Shown piece by piece: positions 24,213 through 38,900 of a stretch of 64,000 nt of DNA (position 1 is its first letter; each line of letters starts with the position of its first letter). This DNA is from Auanema rhodensis (taxonomy: Eukaryota > Animalia > Nematoda): the NCBI GenBank assembly GCA_964057225.1, contig OZ059895.1, positions 4,712,001 through 4,776,000 of the forward strand, written 5' to 3'. The position numbers were made by a program, and so were the translations under genes. The notes below the pieces were generated by a model. The model was given only the letters and a program-made list of their open reading frames with translations, was not told the DNA's origin and did no database searches.

Positions 24213-27200
24213 AACATTTTGACAAAAATTTTTTCGAAAAATTTCAAAATAATTTAGCAAAAAGTAGATGTTTTTAGATTCCTTTTTTTAAGGCAAAAAT
24301 GATGGACAATGTTATTCAACGAAAAAATTAATTCTTCAGGGTGAAAATCGAGGATATAAGTGTGAACTTATATCAGTTGATATCTCGGTGCATTTTCAAG
24401 CTAGCGCAAATCTGATAACAAAGATCGACGCAGCTTAAAAATCCGCATCGAATGCACTATACTTCATTGAGAAACGCTTAATAAAAAATTAGTTATGATC
24501 GTTTGAAAAATGATGCATTAGTGTATGTTGAGTTTCCATGTACACTCAACATTGCTTCCAAAAACATTTTGACAAAAATTTTTTCGAAAAATTTCAAAAT
24601 AATTTAGCAAAAAGTAGATGTTTTTAGATTCCTTTTTTTAAGGCAAAAATGATGGACAATGTTATTAAACGAAAAAATTAATTCTTCAGGGTGAAAATCG
24701 AGGATATAAGTGTGAACTTATATCAGTTGATATCTCGGTGCATTTTCAAGCTAGCGCAAATCTGATAACACAGATCGACGCAGCTTAAAAATCCGCATCG
24801 AATGCACTATACTACATTGAGAAACGCTTAATACAAAAATTAGTTATGATCGTTTGAAAAATGATGCATTAGTGTATGTTGAGTTTCCATGTACACTCAA
24901 CATTGCTTCCAAAAACATTTTGACAAAAATTTTTTCGAAAAATTTCAAAATAATTTAGCAAAAAGTAGATGTTTTTGGATTCTTTTTTTCAAGGCAAAGA
25001 CGATGGACAATGTTATTCAACGAAAAAATTAATTCTTCGGGGTGAAAATCGAGGATATAAGTGTGAACTTATATCAGTTGATATCTCGGTGCATTTTTAA
25101 GCTAGCGCAAATCTGATAACACAGATCGACGCAGCTTAAAAATCCGCATCGAATGCACTATACTTCATTGAGAAACGCTTAATACAAAAATTAGTTATGA
25201 TCGTTTGAAAAATGATGCATTAGTGTATGTTGAGTTTCCATGTACACTCAACATTGCTTCCAAAAACATTTTGACAAAAATTTTTTCGAAAAATTTCAAA
25301 ATAATTTAGCAAAAAGTGGATGTTTTTAGATTCCTTTTTTCAAGGCAAAGACGATGGACAATGTTATTAAACGAAAAAATTAATTCTTCAGGGTGAAAAT
25401 CGAGGATATAAGTGTGAACTTATATCAGTTGATATCTCGGTGCATTTTCAAGCTAGCGCAAATCTGATAACAAAGATCGACGCAGCTTAAAAATCCGCAT
25501 CGAATGCACTATACTTCATTGAGAAACGCTTAATAAAAAATTAGTTATGATCGTTTGAAAAATGATGCATTAGTGTATGTTGAGTTTCCATGTACACTCA
25601 ACATTGCTTCCAAAAACATTTTGACAAAAATTTTTTCGAAAAATTTCAAAATAATTTAGCAAAAAGTAGATGTTTTTAGATTCCTTTTTTTAAGGCAAAA
25701 ATGATGGACAATGTTATTAAACGAAAAAATTAATTCTTCAGGGTGAAAATCGAGGATATAAGTGTGAACTTATATCAGTTGATATCTCGGTGCATTTTCA
25801 AGCTAGCGCAAATCTGATAACACAGATCGACGCAGCTTAAAAATCCGCATCGAATGCACTATACTACATTGAGAAACGCTTAATACAAAAATTAGTTATG
25901 ATCGTTTGAAAAATGATGCATTAGTGTATGTTGAGTTTCCATGTACACTCAACATTGCTTCCAAAAACATTTTGACAAAAATTTTTTCGAAAAATTTCAA
26001 AATAATTTAGCAAAAAGTAGATGTTTTTGGATTCTTTTTTTCAAGGCAAAGACGATGGACAATGTTATTCAACGAAAAAATTAATTCTTCGGGGTGAAAA
26101 TCGAGGATATAAGTGTGAACTTATATCAGTTGATATCTCGGTGCATTTTTAAGCTAGCGCAAATCTGATAACACAGATCGACGCAGCTTAAAAATCCGCA
26201 TCGAATGCACTATACTTCATTGAGAAACGCTTAATACAAAAATTAGTTATGATCGTTTGAAAAATGATGCATTAGTGTATGTTGAGTTTCCATGTACACT
26301 CAACATTGCTTCCAAAAACATTTTGACAAAAATTTTTTCGAAAAATTTCAAAATAATTTAGCAAAAAGTGGATGTTTTTAGATTCCTTTTTTCAAGGCAA
26401 AGACGATGGACAATGTTATTAAACGAAAAAATTAATTCTTCAGGGTGAAAATCGAGGATATATGTGTGAACTTATATCAGTTGATATCTCGGTGCATTTT
26501 TAAGCTAGCGCAAATCTGATAACACAGATCGACGCAGCTTAAAAATCCGCATCGAATGCACTATACTTCATTGAGAAACGCTTAATACAAAAATTAGTTA
26601 TGATCGTTTGAAAAATGATGCATTAGTGTATGTTGAGTTTCCATGTACACTCAACATTGCTTCCAAAAACATTTTGACAAAAATTTTTTCGAAAAATTTC
26701 AAAATAATTTAGCAAAAAGTAGATGTTTTTAGATTCCTTTTTTTAAGGCAAAAATGATGGACAATGTTATTCAACGAAAAAATTAATTCTTCAGGGTGAA
26801 AATCGAGGATATAAGTGTGAACTTATATCAGTTGATATCTCGGTGCATTTTCAAGCTAGCGCAAATCTGATAACAAAGATCGACGCAGCTTAAAAATCCG
26901 CATCGAATGCACTATACTTCATTGAGAAACGCTTAATAAAAAATTAGTTATGATCGTTTGAAAAATGATGCATTAGTGTATGTTGAGTTTCCATGTACAC
27001 TCAACATTGCTTCCAAAAACATTTTGACAAAAATTTTTTCGAAAAATTTCAAAATAATTTAGCAAAAAGTAGATGTTTTTAGATTCCTTTTTTTAAGGCA
27101 AAAATGATGGACAATGTTATTAAACGAAAAAATTAATTCTTCAGGGTGAAAATCGAGGATATAAGTGTGAACTTATATCAGTTGATATCTCGGTGCATTT

Positions 27201-29121
27201 TCAAGCTAGCGCAAATCTGATAACACAGATCGACGCAGCTTAAAAATCCGCATCGAATGCACTATACTACATTGAGAAACGCTTAATACAAAAATTAGTT
27301 ATGATCGTTTGAAAAATGATGCATTAGTGTATGTTGAGTTTCCATGTACACTCAACATTGCTTCCAAAAACATTTTGACAAAAATTTTTTCGAAAAATTT
27401 CAAAATAATTTAGCAAAAAGTAGATGTTTTTGGATTCTTTTTTTCAAGGCAAAGACGATGGACAATGTTATTCAACGAAAAAATTAATTCTTCGGGGTGA
27501 AAATCGAGGATATAAGTGTGAACTTATATCAGTTGATATCTCGGTGCATTTTTAAGCTAGCGCAAATCTGATAACACAGATCGACGCAGCTTAAAAATCC
27601 GCATCGAATGCACTATACTTCATTGAGAAACGCTTAATACAAAAATTAGTTATGATCGTTTGAAAAATGATGCATTAGTGTATGTTGAGTTTCCATGTAC
27701 ACTCAACATTGCTTCCAAAAACATTTTGACAAAAATTTTTTCGAAAAATTTCAAAATAATTTAGCAAAAAGTGGATGTTTTTAGATTCCTTTTTTCAAGG
27801 CAAAGACGATGGACAATGTTTTTCAACGAAAAAATTAATTCTTCAGGGTGAAAATCGAGGATATAAGTGTGAACTTATATCAGTTGATATCTCGGTGCAT
27901 TTTCAAGCTAGCGCAAATCTTATAACAAAGATCGACGCAGCTTAAAAATCCGCATCGAATGCACTATACTTCATTGAGAAACGCTTAATAAAAAATTAGT
28001 TATGATCGTTTGAAAAATGATGCATTAGTGTATGTTGAGTTTCCATGTACACTCAACATTGCTTCCAAAAACATTTTGACAAAAATTTTTTCGAAAAATT
28101 TCAAAATAATTTAGCAAAAAGTAGATGTTTTTGGATTCTTTTTTTCAAGGCAAAGACGATGGACAATGTTATTCAACGAAAAAATTAATTCTTCGGGGTG
28201 AAAATCGAGGATATAAGTGTGAACTTATATCAGTTGATATCTCGGTGCATTTTTAAGCTAGCGCAAATCTGATAACACAGATCGACGCAGCTTAAAAATC
28301 CGCATCGAATGCACTATACTTCATTGAGAAACGCTTAATACAAAAATTAGTTATGATCGTTTGAAAAATGATGCATTAGTGTATGTTGAGTTTCCATGTA
28401 CACTCAACATTGCTTCCAAAAACATTTTGACAAAAATTTTTTCGAAAAATTTCAAAATAATTTAGCAAAAAGTGGATGTTTTTAGATTCCTTTTTTCAAG
28501 GCAAAGACGATGGACAATGTTTTTCAACGAAAAAATTAATTCTTCAGGGTGAAAATCGAGGATATAAGTGTGAACTTATATCAGTTGATATCTCGGTGCA
28601 TTTTCAAGCTAGCGCAAATCTTATAACAAAGATCGACGCAGCTTAAAAATCCGCATCGAATGCACTATACTTCATTGAGAAACGCTTAATAAAAAATTAG
28701 TTATGATCGTTTGAAAAATGATGCATTAGTATATGTTGAGTTTCCATGTACACTCAACATTGCTTCCAAAAACATTTTGACAAAAATTTTTTCGAAAAAT
28801 TTCAAAATAATTTAGCAAAAAGTAGATGTTTTTAGATTCCTTTTTTTAAGGCAAAAATGATGGACAATGTTATTAAACGAAAAAATTAATTCTTCAGGGT
28901 GAAAATCGAGGATATAAGTGTGAACTTATATCAGTTGATATCTCGGTGCATTTTTAAGCTAGCGCAAATCTGATAACACAGATCGACGCAGCTTAAAAAT
29001 CCGCATCGAATGCACTATACTACATTGAAAAACGCTTAATACAAAAATTAGTTATGATCGTTTGAAAAATGATGCATTAGTGTATGTTGAGTTTCCATGT
29101 ACACTCAACATTGCTTCCAAA
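24213..29121. repeat. Sub-domain with 3-, 4- and 2-monomer units carrying the offset-272 deletion
   Basis: TTTGGATTCT variant at 24977, 26029, 27432, 28133 (spacings 1052, 1403, 701); AATAAAAAATT deletion near 24483, 25535, 26938, 27990, 28691. Confidence 0.88.
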
Positions 29122-32100
29122 AACATTTTGACAAAAATTTTTTCGAAAAATTTCAAAATAATTTAGCAAAAAGTAGATGTTTTTAGATTCCTTTTTTTAA
29201 GGCAAAGATGATGGACAATGTTATTCAACGAAAAAATCAATTCTTCAGGGTGAAAATCGAGGATATAAGTGTGAACTTATATCAGTTGAGATCTCGGTGA
29301 ATTTTTAAGCTAGCGCAAATCTGATAACACAGATCGACGCAGCTTAAAAATCCGCATCGAATGCACTATACTTCATTGAGAAACGCTTAATACAAAAATT
29401 AGTTATGATCGTTTGAAAAATGATGCATTAGTGTATGTTGAGTTTCCATGTACACTCAACATTGCTTCCAAAAACATTTTGACAAAAATTTTTTCGAAAA
29501 ATTTCAAAATAATTTAGCAAAAAGTAGATGTTTTTAGATTCCTTTTTTTAAGGCAAAAATGATGGACAATGTTATTAAACGAAAAAATTAATTCTTCAGG
29601 GTGAAAATCGAGGATATAAGTGTGAACTTATATCAGTTGATATCTCGGTGCATTTTCAAGCTAGCGCAAATCTGATAACACAGATCGACGCAGCTTAAAA
29701 ATCCGCATCGAATGCACTATACTTCATTGAGAAACGCTTAATACAAAAATTAGTTATGATCGTTTGAAAAATGATGCATTAGTTTATGTTGAGTTTCCAT
29801 GTACACTCAACATTGCTTCCAAAAACATTTTGACAAAAATTTTTTCGAAAAATTTCAAAATAATTTAGCGAAAAGTAGATGTTTTTAGATTCCTTTTTTC
29901 AAGGCAAAGATGATGGACAATGTTATTCAACGAAAAAATTAATTCTTCAGGGTGAAAATCGAGGATATAAGTGTGAACATATATCAGTTGATATCTCGGT
30001 GCATTTTCAAGCTAGCACAAATCTGATAACACAGATCGACGCAGCTTAAAAATCCGCATCGAATGCACTATACTTCATTGAAAAACGCTTAATACAAAAA
30101 TTAGTTATGATCGTTTGAAAAATGATGCATTAGTGTATGTTGAGTTTCCATGTACACTCAACATTGCTTCCAAAAACATTTTGACAAAAATTTTTTCGAA
30201 AAATTTCAAAATAATTTAGCAAAAAGTAGATGTTTTTAGATTCCTTTTTTCAAGGCAAAGACGATGGACAATGTTATTCAACGAAAAAATTAATTCTTCA
30301 GGGTGAAAATCGAGGATATAAGTGTGAACTTATATCAGTTGATATCTCGGTGCATTTTCAAGCTAGCGCAAATCTGATAACACAGATCGACGCAGCTTAA
30401 AAATCCGCATCGAATGCACTATACTTCATTGAGAAACGCTTAATACAAAAATTAGTTATGATCGTTTGAAAAATGATGCATTAGTGTATGTTGAGTTTCC
30501 ATGTACACTCAACATTGCTTCCAAAAACATTTTGACAAACATTTTTTCGAAAAATTTCAAAATAATTTAGCAAAAAGTAGATGTTTTTAGATTCCTTTTT
30601 TTCAAGGCAAAGACGATGGACAATGTTATTCAACGAAAAAATTAATTCTTCAGGGTGAAAATCGAGGATATAAGTGTGAACTTATATCAGTTGATATCTC
30701 GGTGCATTTTCAAGCTAGCGCAAATCTGATAACACAGATCGACGCAGCTTAAAAATCCGCATCGAATGCACTATACTACATTGAAAAACGCTTAATACAA
30801 AAATTAGATATGATCGTTTGAAAAATGATGCATTAGTGTATGTTGAGTTTCCATGTACACTCAACATTGCTTCCAAAAACATTTTGACAAACATTTTTTC
30901 GAAAAATTTCAAAATAATTTAGCAAAAAGTAGATGTTTTTAGATTCCTTTTTTTAAGGCAAAAATGATGGACAATGTTATTCAACGAAAAAATTAATTCT
31001 TCAGGGTGAAAATCGAGGATATAAGTGTGAACATATATCAGTTGATATCTCGGTGCATTTTCAAGCTAGCGCAAATCTGATAACACAGATCGACGCAGCT
31101 TAAAAATCCGCATCGAATGCACTATACTACATTGAGAAACGCTTAATACAAAAATTAGTTATGATCGTTTGAAAAATGATGCATTAGTGTATGTTGAGTT
31201 TCCATGTACACTCAACATTGCTTCCAAAAACATTTTGACAAAAATTTTTTCGAAAAATTTCAAAATAATTTAGCAAAAATTAGATGTTTTTAGATTCCTT
31301 TTTTTAAGGCAAAAATGATGGACAATGTTATTCAACGAAAAAATTAATTCTTCAGGGTGAAAATCGAGGATATAAGTGTGAATATATATCAGTTGATATC
31401 TCGGTGCATTTTCAAGCTAGCGCAAATCTGATAACACAGATCGACGCAGCTTAAAAATCCGCATCGAATGCACTATACTACATTGAGAAACGCTTAATAC
31501 AAAAATTAGTTATGATCGTTTGAAAAATGATGCATTAGTGTATGTTGAGTTTCCATGTACACTCAACATTGCTTCCAAAAACATTTTGACAAAAATTTTT
31601 TCGAAAAATTTCAAAATAATTTAGCAAAAAGTAGATGTTTTTAGATTCCTCTTTTTAAGGCAAAGACAATGGACAATGTTATTCAACGAAAAAATCAATT
31701 CTTCAGGGTGAAAATCGAGGATATAAGTGTGAACTTATATCAGTTGATATCTCGGTGCATTTTTAAGCTAGCGCAAATCTGATAACACAGATCGACGCAG
31801 CTTAAAAATCCGCATCGAATGCACTATACTACATTGAGAAACGCTTAATACAAAAATTAGTTATGATCGTTTGAAAAATGATGCATTAGTGTATGTTGAG
31901 TTTCCATGTACACTCAACATTGCTTCCAAAAACATTTTGACAAAAATTTTTTCGAAAAATTTCAAAATAATTTAGCAAAAATTAGATGTTTTTAGATTCC
32001 TTTTTTTAAGGCAAAAATGATGGACAATGTTATTCAACGAAAAAATTAATTCTTCAGGGTGAAAATCGAGGATATAAGTGTGAATATATATCAGTTGATA

Positions 32101-32983
32101 TCTCGGTGCATTTTCAAGCTAGCGCAAATCTGATAACACAGATCGACGCAGCTTAAAAATCCGCATCGAATGCACTATACTACATTGAGAAACGCTTAAT
32201 ACAAAAATTAGTTATGATCGTTTGAAAAATGATGCATTAGTGTATGTTGAGTTTCCATGTACACTCAACATTGCTTCCAAAAACATTTTGACAAAAATTT
32301 TTTCGAAAAATTTCAAAATAATTTAGCAAAAAGTAGATGTTTTTAGATTCCTCTTTTTAAGGCAAAGACAATGGACAATGTTATTCAACGAAAAAATCAA
32401 TTCTTCAGGGTGAAAATCGAGGATATAAGTGTGAACTTATATCAGTTGATATCTCGGTGCATTTTTAAGCTAGCGCAAATCTGATAACACAGATCGACGC
32501 AGCTTAAAAATCCGCATCGAATGCACTATACTACATTGAGAAACGCTTAATACAAAAATTAGTTATGATCGTTTGAAAAATGATGCATTAGTGTATGTTG
32601 AGTTTCCATGTACACTCAACATTGCTTCCAAAAACATTTTGACAAAAATTTTTTCGAAAAATTTCAAAATAATTGAGCAAAAAGTAGATGTTTTTAGATT
32701 CCTTTCTTTAAGGCAAAAATGATGGACAATGTTATTAAACGAAAAAATTAATTCTTCAGGGTGAAAATCGAGGATATAAGTGTGAACTTATATCAGTTGA
32801 TATCTCGGTGCATTTTCAAGCTAGCGCAAATCTGATAACACAGATCGACGCAGCTTAAAAATCCGCATCGAATGCACTATACTTCATTGAGAAACGCTTA
32901 ATACAAAAATTAGTTATGATCGTTTGAAAAATGATGCATTAGTGTATGTTGAGTTTCCATGTACACTCAACATTGCTTCCAAA
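29122..32983. repeat. Diverged junction zone rich in private variants, including a 702-bp dimer duplication
   Basis: Variants not seen elsewhere at about 29290, 29300, 30017, 30540/30892, 30601 (+T), 30808, 32675, 32706; paired variants 31280/31982, 31383/32085, 31651/32353, 31668/32370 are 702 bp apart. Confidence 0.85.
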
Positions 32984-35900
32984 AACATTTTGACAAAAAT
33001 TTTTTCGAAAAATTTCAAAATAATTTAGCAAAAAGTAGATGTTTTTAGATTCCTTTTTTCAAGGCAAAGACGATGGACAATGTTATTCAACGAAAAAATT
33101 AATTCTTCAGGGTGAAAATCGAGGATATAAGTGTGAACTTATATCAGTTGATATCTCGGTGCATTTTTAAGCTAGCGCAAATCTGATAACACAGATCGAC
33201 GCAGCTTAAAAATCCGCATCGAATGCACTATACTTCATTGAGAAACGCTTAATACAAAAATTAGTTATGATCGTTTGAAAAATGATGCATTAGTGTATGT
33301 TGAGTTTCCATGTACACTCAACATTGCTTCCAAAAACATTTTGACAAAAATTTTTTCGAAAAATTTCAAAATAATTTAGCAAAAAGTAGATGTTTTTAGA
33401 TTCCTTTTTTTAAGGCAAAAATGATGGACAATGTTATTAAACGAAAAAATTAATTCTTCAGGGTGAAAATCGAGGATATAAGTGTGAACTTATATCAGTT
33501 GATATCTCGGTGCATTTTCAAGCTAGCGCAAATCTGATAACACAGATCGACGCAGCTTAAAAATCCGCATCGAATGCACTATACTTCATTGAGAAACGCT
33601 TAATACAAAAATTAGTTATGATCGTTTGAAAAATGATGCATTAGTGTATGTTGAGTTTCCATGTACACTCAACATTGCTTCCAAAAACATTTTGACAAAA
33701 CTTTTTTCGAAAAATTTCAAAATAATTTAGCAAAAAGTAGATGTTTTTAGATTCCTTTTTTTAAGGCAAAAATGATGGACAATGTTATTAAACGAAAAAA
33801 TTAATTCTTCAGGGTGAAAATCGAGGATATAAGTGTGAACTTATATCAGTTGATATCTCGGTGCATTTTTAAGCTAGCGCAAATCTGATAACACAGATCG
33901 ACGCAGCTTAAAAATCCGCATCGAATGCACTATACTTCATTGAGAAACGCTTAATACAAAAATTAGTTATGATCGTTTGAAAAATGATGCATTAGTGTAT
34001 GTTGAGTTTCCATGTACACTCAACATTGCTTCCAAAAACATTTTGACAAAAATTTTTTCGAAAAATTTCAAAATAATTTAGCAAAAAGTAGATGTTTTTA
34101 GATTCCTTTTTTTAAGGCAAAAATGATGGACAATGTTATTAAACGAAAAAATTAATTCTTCAGGGTGAAAATCGAGGATATAAGTGTGAACTTATATCAG
34201 TTGATATCTCGGTGCATTTTTAAGCTAGCGCAAATCTGATAACACAGATCGACGCAGCTTAAAAATCCGCATCGAATGCACTATACTTCATTGAGAAACG
34301 CTTAATACAAAAATTAGTTATGATCGTTTGAAAAATGATGCATTAGTGTATGTTGAGTTTCCATGTACACTCAACATTGCTTCCAAAAACATTTTGACAA
34401 AAATTTTTTCGAAAAATTTCAAAATAATTTAGCAAAAAGTAGATGTTTTTAGATTCCTTTTTTTAAGGCAAAAATGATGGACAATGTTATTAAACGAAAA
34501 AATTAATTCTTCAGGGTGAAAATCGAGGATATAAGTGTGAACTTATATCAGTTGATATCTCGGTGCATTTTTAAGCTAGCGCAAATCTGATAACACAGAT
34601 CGACGCAGCTTAAAAATCCGCATCGAATGCACTATACTTCATTGAGAAACGCTTAATACAAAAATTAGTTATGATCGTTTGAAAAATGATGCATTAGTGT
34701 ATGTTGAGTTTCCATGTACACTCAACATTGCTTCCAAAAACATTTTGACAAAAATTTTTTCGAAAAATTTCAAAATAATTTAGCAAAAAGTAGATGTTTT
34801 TAGATTCCTTTTTTTAAGGCAAAAATGATGGACAATGTTATTAAACGAAAAAATTAATTCTTCAGGGTGAAAATCGAGGATATAAGTGTGAACTTATATC
34901 AGTTGATATCTCGGTGCATTTTTAAGCTAGCGCAAATCTGATAACACAGATCGACGCAGCTTAAAAATCCGCATCGAATGCACTATACTTCATTGAGAAA
35001 CGCTTAATACAAAAATTAGTTATGATCGTTTGAAAAATGATGCATTAGTGTATGTTGAGTTTCCATGTACACTCAACATTGCTTCCAAAAACATTTTGAC
35101 AAAAATTTTTTCGAAAAATTTCAAAATAATTTAGCAAAAAGTAGATGTTTTTAGATTCCTTTTTTTAAGGCAAAAATGATGGACAATGTTATTAAACGAA
35201 AAAATTAATTCTTCAGGGTGAAAATCGAGGATATAAGTGTGAACTTATATCAGTTGATATCTCGGTGCATTTTCAAGCTAGCGCAAATCTGATAACACAG
35301 ATCGACGCAGCTTAAAAATCCGCATCGAATGCACTATACTTCATTGAGAAACGCTTAATATAAAAATTAGTTATGATCGTTTGAAAAATGATGCATTAGT
35401 GTATGTTGAGTTTCCATGTACACTCAACATTGCTTCCAAAAACATTTTGACAAAAATTTTTTCGAAAAATTTCAAAATAATTTAGCAAAAAGTAGATGTT
35501 TTTAGATTCCTTTTTTTAAGGCAAAAATGATGGACAATGTTATTAAACGAAAAAATTAATTCTTCAGGGTGAAAATCGAGGATATAAGTGTGAACTTATA
35601 TCAGTTGATATCTCGGTGCATTTTCAAGCTAGCGCAAATCTGATAACACAGATCGACGCAGCTTAAAAATCCGCATCGAATGCACTATACTTCATTGAGA
35701 AACGCTTAATACAAAAATTAGTTATGATCGTTTGAAAAATGATGCATTAGTGTATGTTGAGTTTCCATGTACACTCAACATTGCTTCCAAAAACATTTTG
35801 ACAAAACTTTTTTCGAAAAATTTCAAAATAATTTAGCAAAAAGTAGATGTTTTTAGATTCCTTTTTTTAAGGCAAAAATGATGGACAATGTTATTAAACG

Positions 35901-38900
35901 AAAAAATTAATTCTTCAGGGTGAAAATCGAGGATATAAGTGTGAACTTATATCAGTTGATATCTCGGTGCATTTTTAAGCTAGCGCAAATCTGATAACAC
36001 AGATCGACGCAGCTTAAAAATCCGCATCGAATGCACTATACTTCATTGAGAAACGCTTAATACAAAAATTAGTTATGATCGTTTGAAAAATGATGCATTA
36101 GTGTATGTTGAGTTTCCATGTACACTCAACATTGCTTCCAAAAACATTTTGACAAAAATTTTTTCGAAAAATTTCAAAATAATTTAGCAAAAAGTAGATG
36201 TTTTTAGATTCCTTTTTTCAAGGCAAAGATGATGGACAATGTTATTCAACGAAAAAATTAATTCTTCAGGGTGAAAATCGAGGATATAAGTGTGAACTTA
36301 TATCAGTTGATATCTCGGTGCATTTTTAAGCTAGCGCAAATCTGATAACACAGATCGACGCAGCTTAAAAATCCGCATCGAATGCACTATACTTCATTGA
36401 GAAACGCTTAATACAAAAATTAGTTATGATCGTTTGAAAAATGATGCATTAGTGTATGTTGAGTTTCCATGTACACTCAACATTGCTTCCAAAAACATTT
36501 TGACAAAAATTTTTTCGAAAAATTTCAAAATAATTTAGCAAAAAGTAGATGTTTTTAGATTCCTTTTTTTAAGGCAAAAATGATGGACAATGTTATTAAA
36601 CGAAAAAATTAATTCTTCAGGGTGAAAATCGAGGATATAAGTGTGAACTTATATCAGTTGATATCTCGGTGCATTTTTAAGCTAGCGCAAATCTGATAAC
36701 ACAGATCGACGCAGCTTAAAAATCCGCATCGAATGCACTATACTTCATTGAGAAACGCTTAATACAAAAATTAGTTATGATCGTTTGAAAAATGATGCAT
36801 TAGTGTATGTTGAGTTTCCATGTACACTCAACATTGCTTCCAAAAACATTTTGACAAAAATTTTTTCGAAAAATTTCAAAATAATTTAGCAAAAAGTAGA
36901 TGTTTTTAGATTCCTTTTTTTAAGGCAAAAATGATGGACAATGTTATTAAACGAAAAAATTAATTCTTCAGGGTGAAAATCGAGGATATAAGTGTGAACT
37001 TATATCAGTTGATATCTCGGTGCATTTTCAAGCTAGCGCAAATCTGATAACACAGATCGACGCAGCTTAAAAATCCGCATCGAATGCACTATACTTCATT
37101 GAGAAACGCTTAATATAAAAATTAGTTATGATCGTTTGAAAAATGATGCATTAGTGTATGTTGAGTTTCCATGTACACTCAACATTGCTTCCAAAAACAT
37201 TTTGACAAAAATTTTTTCGAAAAATTTCAAAATAATTTAGCAAAAAGTAGATGTTTTTAGATTCTTTTTTTCAAGGCAAAGACGATGGACAATGTTATTC
37301 AACGAAAAAATTAATTCTTCAGGGTGAAAATCGAGGATATAAGTGTGAACTTATATCAGTTGATATCTCGGTGCATTTTTAAGCTAGCGCAAATCTGATA
37401 ACACAGATCGACGCAGCTTAAAAATCCGCATCGAATGCACTATACTTCATTGAGAAACGCTTAATATAAAAATTAGTTATGATCGTTTGAAAAATGATGC
37501 ATTAGTGTATGTTGAGTTTCCATGTACACTCAACATTGCTTCCAAAAACATTTTGACAAAAATTTTTTCGAAAAATTTCAAAATAATTTAGCAAAAAGTA
37601 GATGTTTTTAGATTCCTTTTTTTAAGGCAAAAATGATGGACAATGTTATTAAACGAAAAAATTAATTCTTCAGGGTGAAAATCGAGGATATAAGTGTGAA
37701 CTTATATCAGTTGATATCTCGGTGCATTTTCAAGCTAGCGCAAATCTGATAACACAGATCGACGCAGCTTAAAAATCCGCATCGAATGCACTATACTTCA
37801 TTGAGAAACGCTTAATACAAAAATTAGTTATGATCGTTTGAAAAATGATGCATTAGTGTATGTTGAGTTTCCATGTACACTCAACATTGCTTCCAAAAAC
37901 ATTTTGACAAAAATTTTTTCGAAAAATTTCAAAATAATTTAGCAAAAAGTAGATGTTTTTAGATTCTTTTTTTCAAGGCAAAGACGATGGACAATGTTAT
38001 TAAACGAAAAAATTAATTCTTCAGGGTGAAAATCGAGGATATAAGTGTGAACTTATATCAGTTGATATCTCGGTGCATTTTCAAGCTAGCGCAAATCTGA
38101 TAACACAGATCGACGCAGCTTAAAAATCCGCATCGAATGCACTATACTTCATTGAGAAACGCTTAATACAAAAATTAGTTATGATCGTTTGAAAAATGAT
38201 GCATTAGTGTATGTTGAGTTTCCATGTACACTCAACATTGCTTCCAAAAACATTTTGACAAAAATTTTTTCGAAAAATTTCAAAATAATTTAGCAAAAAG
38301 TAGATGTTTTTAGATTCTTTTTTTCAAGGCAAAGACGATGGACAATGTTATTCAACGAAAAAATTAATTCTTCAGGGTGAAAATCGAGGATATAAGTGTG
38401 AACTTATATCAGTTGATATCTCGGTGCATTTTTAAGAGAGCGCAAATCTGATAACACAGATCGACGCAGCTTAAAAATCCGCATCGAATGCACTTTACTA
38501 CATTGAGAAACGCTTAATACAAAAATTAGTTATGATCGTTTGAAAAATGATGCATTAGTGTATGTTGAGTTTCCATGTACACTCAACATTGCTTCCAAAA
38601 ACATTTTGACAAAAATTTTTTCGAAAAATTTCAAAATAATTTAGCAAAAAGTGGATGTTTTTAGATTCTTTTTTTTAAGGCAAAAATGATGGACAATGTT
38701 ATTCAACGAAAAAATTAATTCTTCAGGGTGAAAATCGAGGATATAAGTGTGAACATATATCAGTTGATATCTCGGTGCATTTTTAAGCTAGCGCAAATCT
38801 GATAACACAGATCGACGCAGCTTAAAAATCCGCATCGAATGCACTATACTACATCGAGAAACGCTTAATACAAAAATTAGTTATGATCGTTTGAAAAATG

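Noticed and set aside
30715-30912. 65-aa minus-strand ORF (MKFFEKMF...)
   Set aside because: Opened by rare or private variants in one monomer pair (e.g. 30808 removes a minus-strand TAA); begins at a non-ATG codon; not open in other copies.
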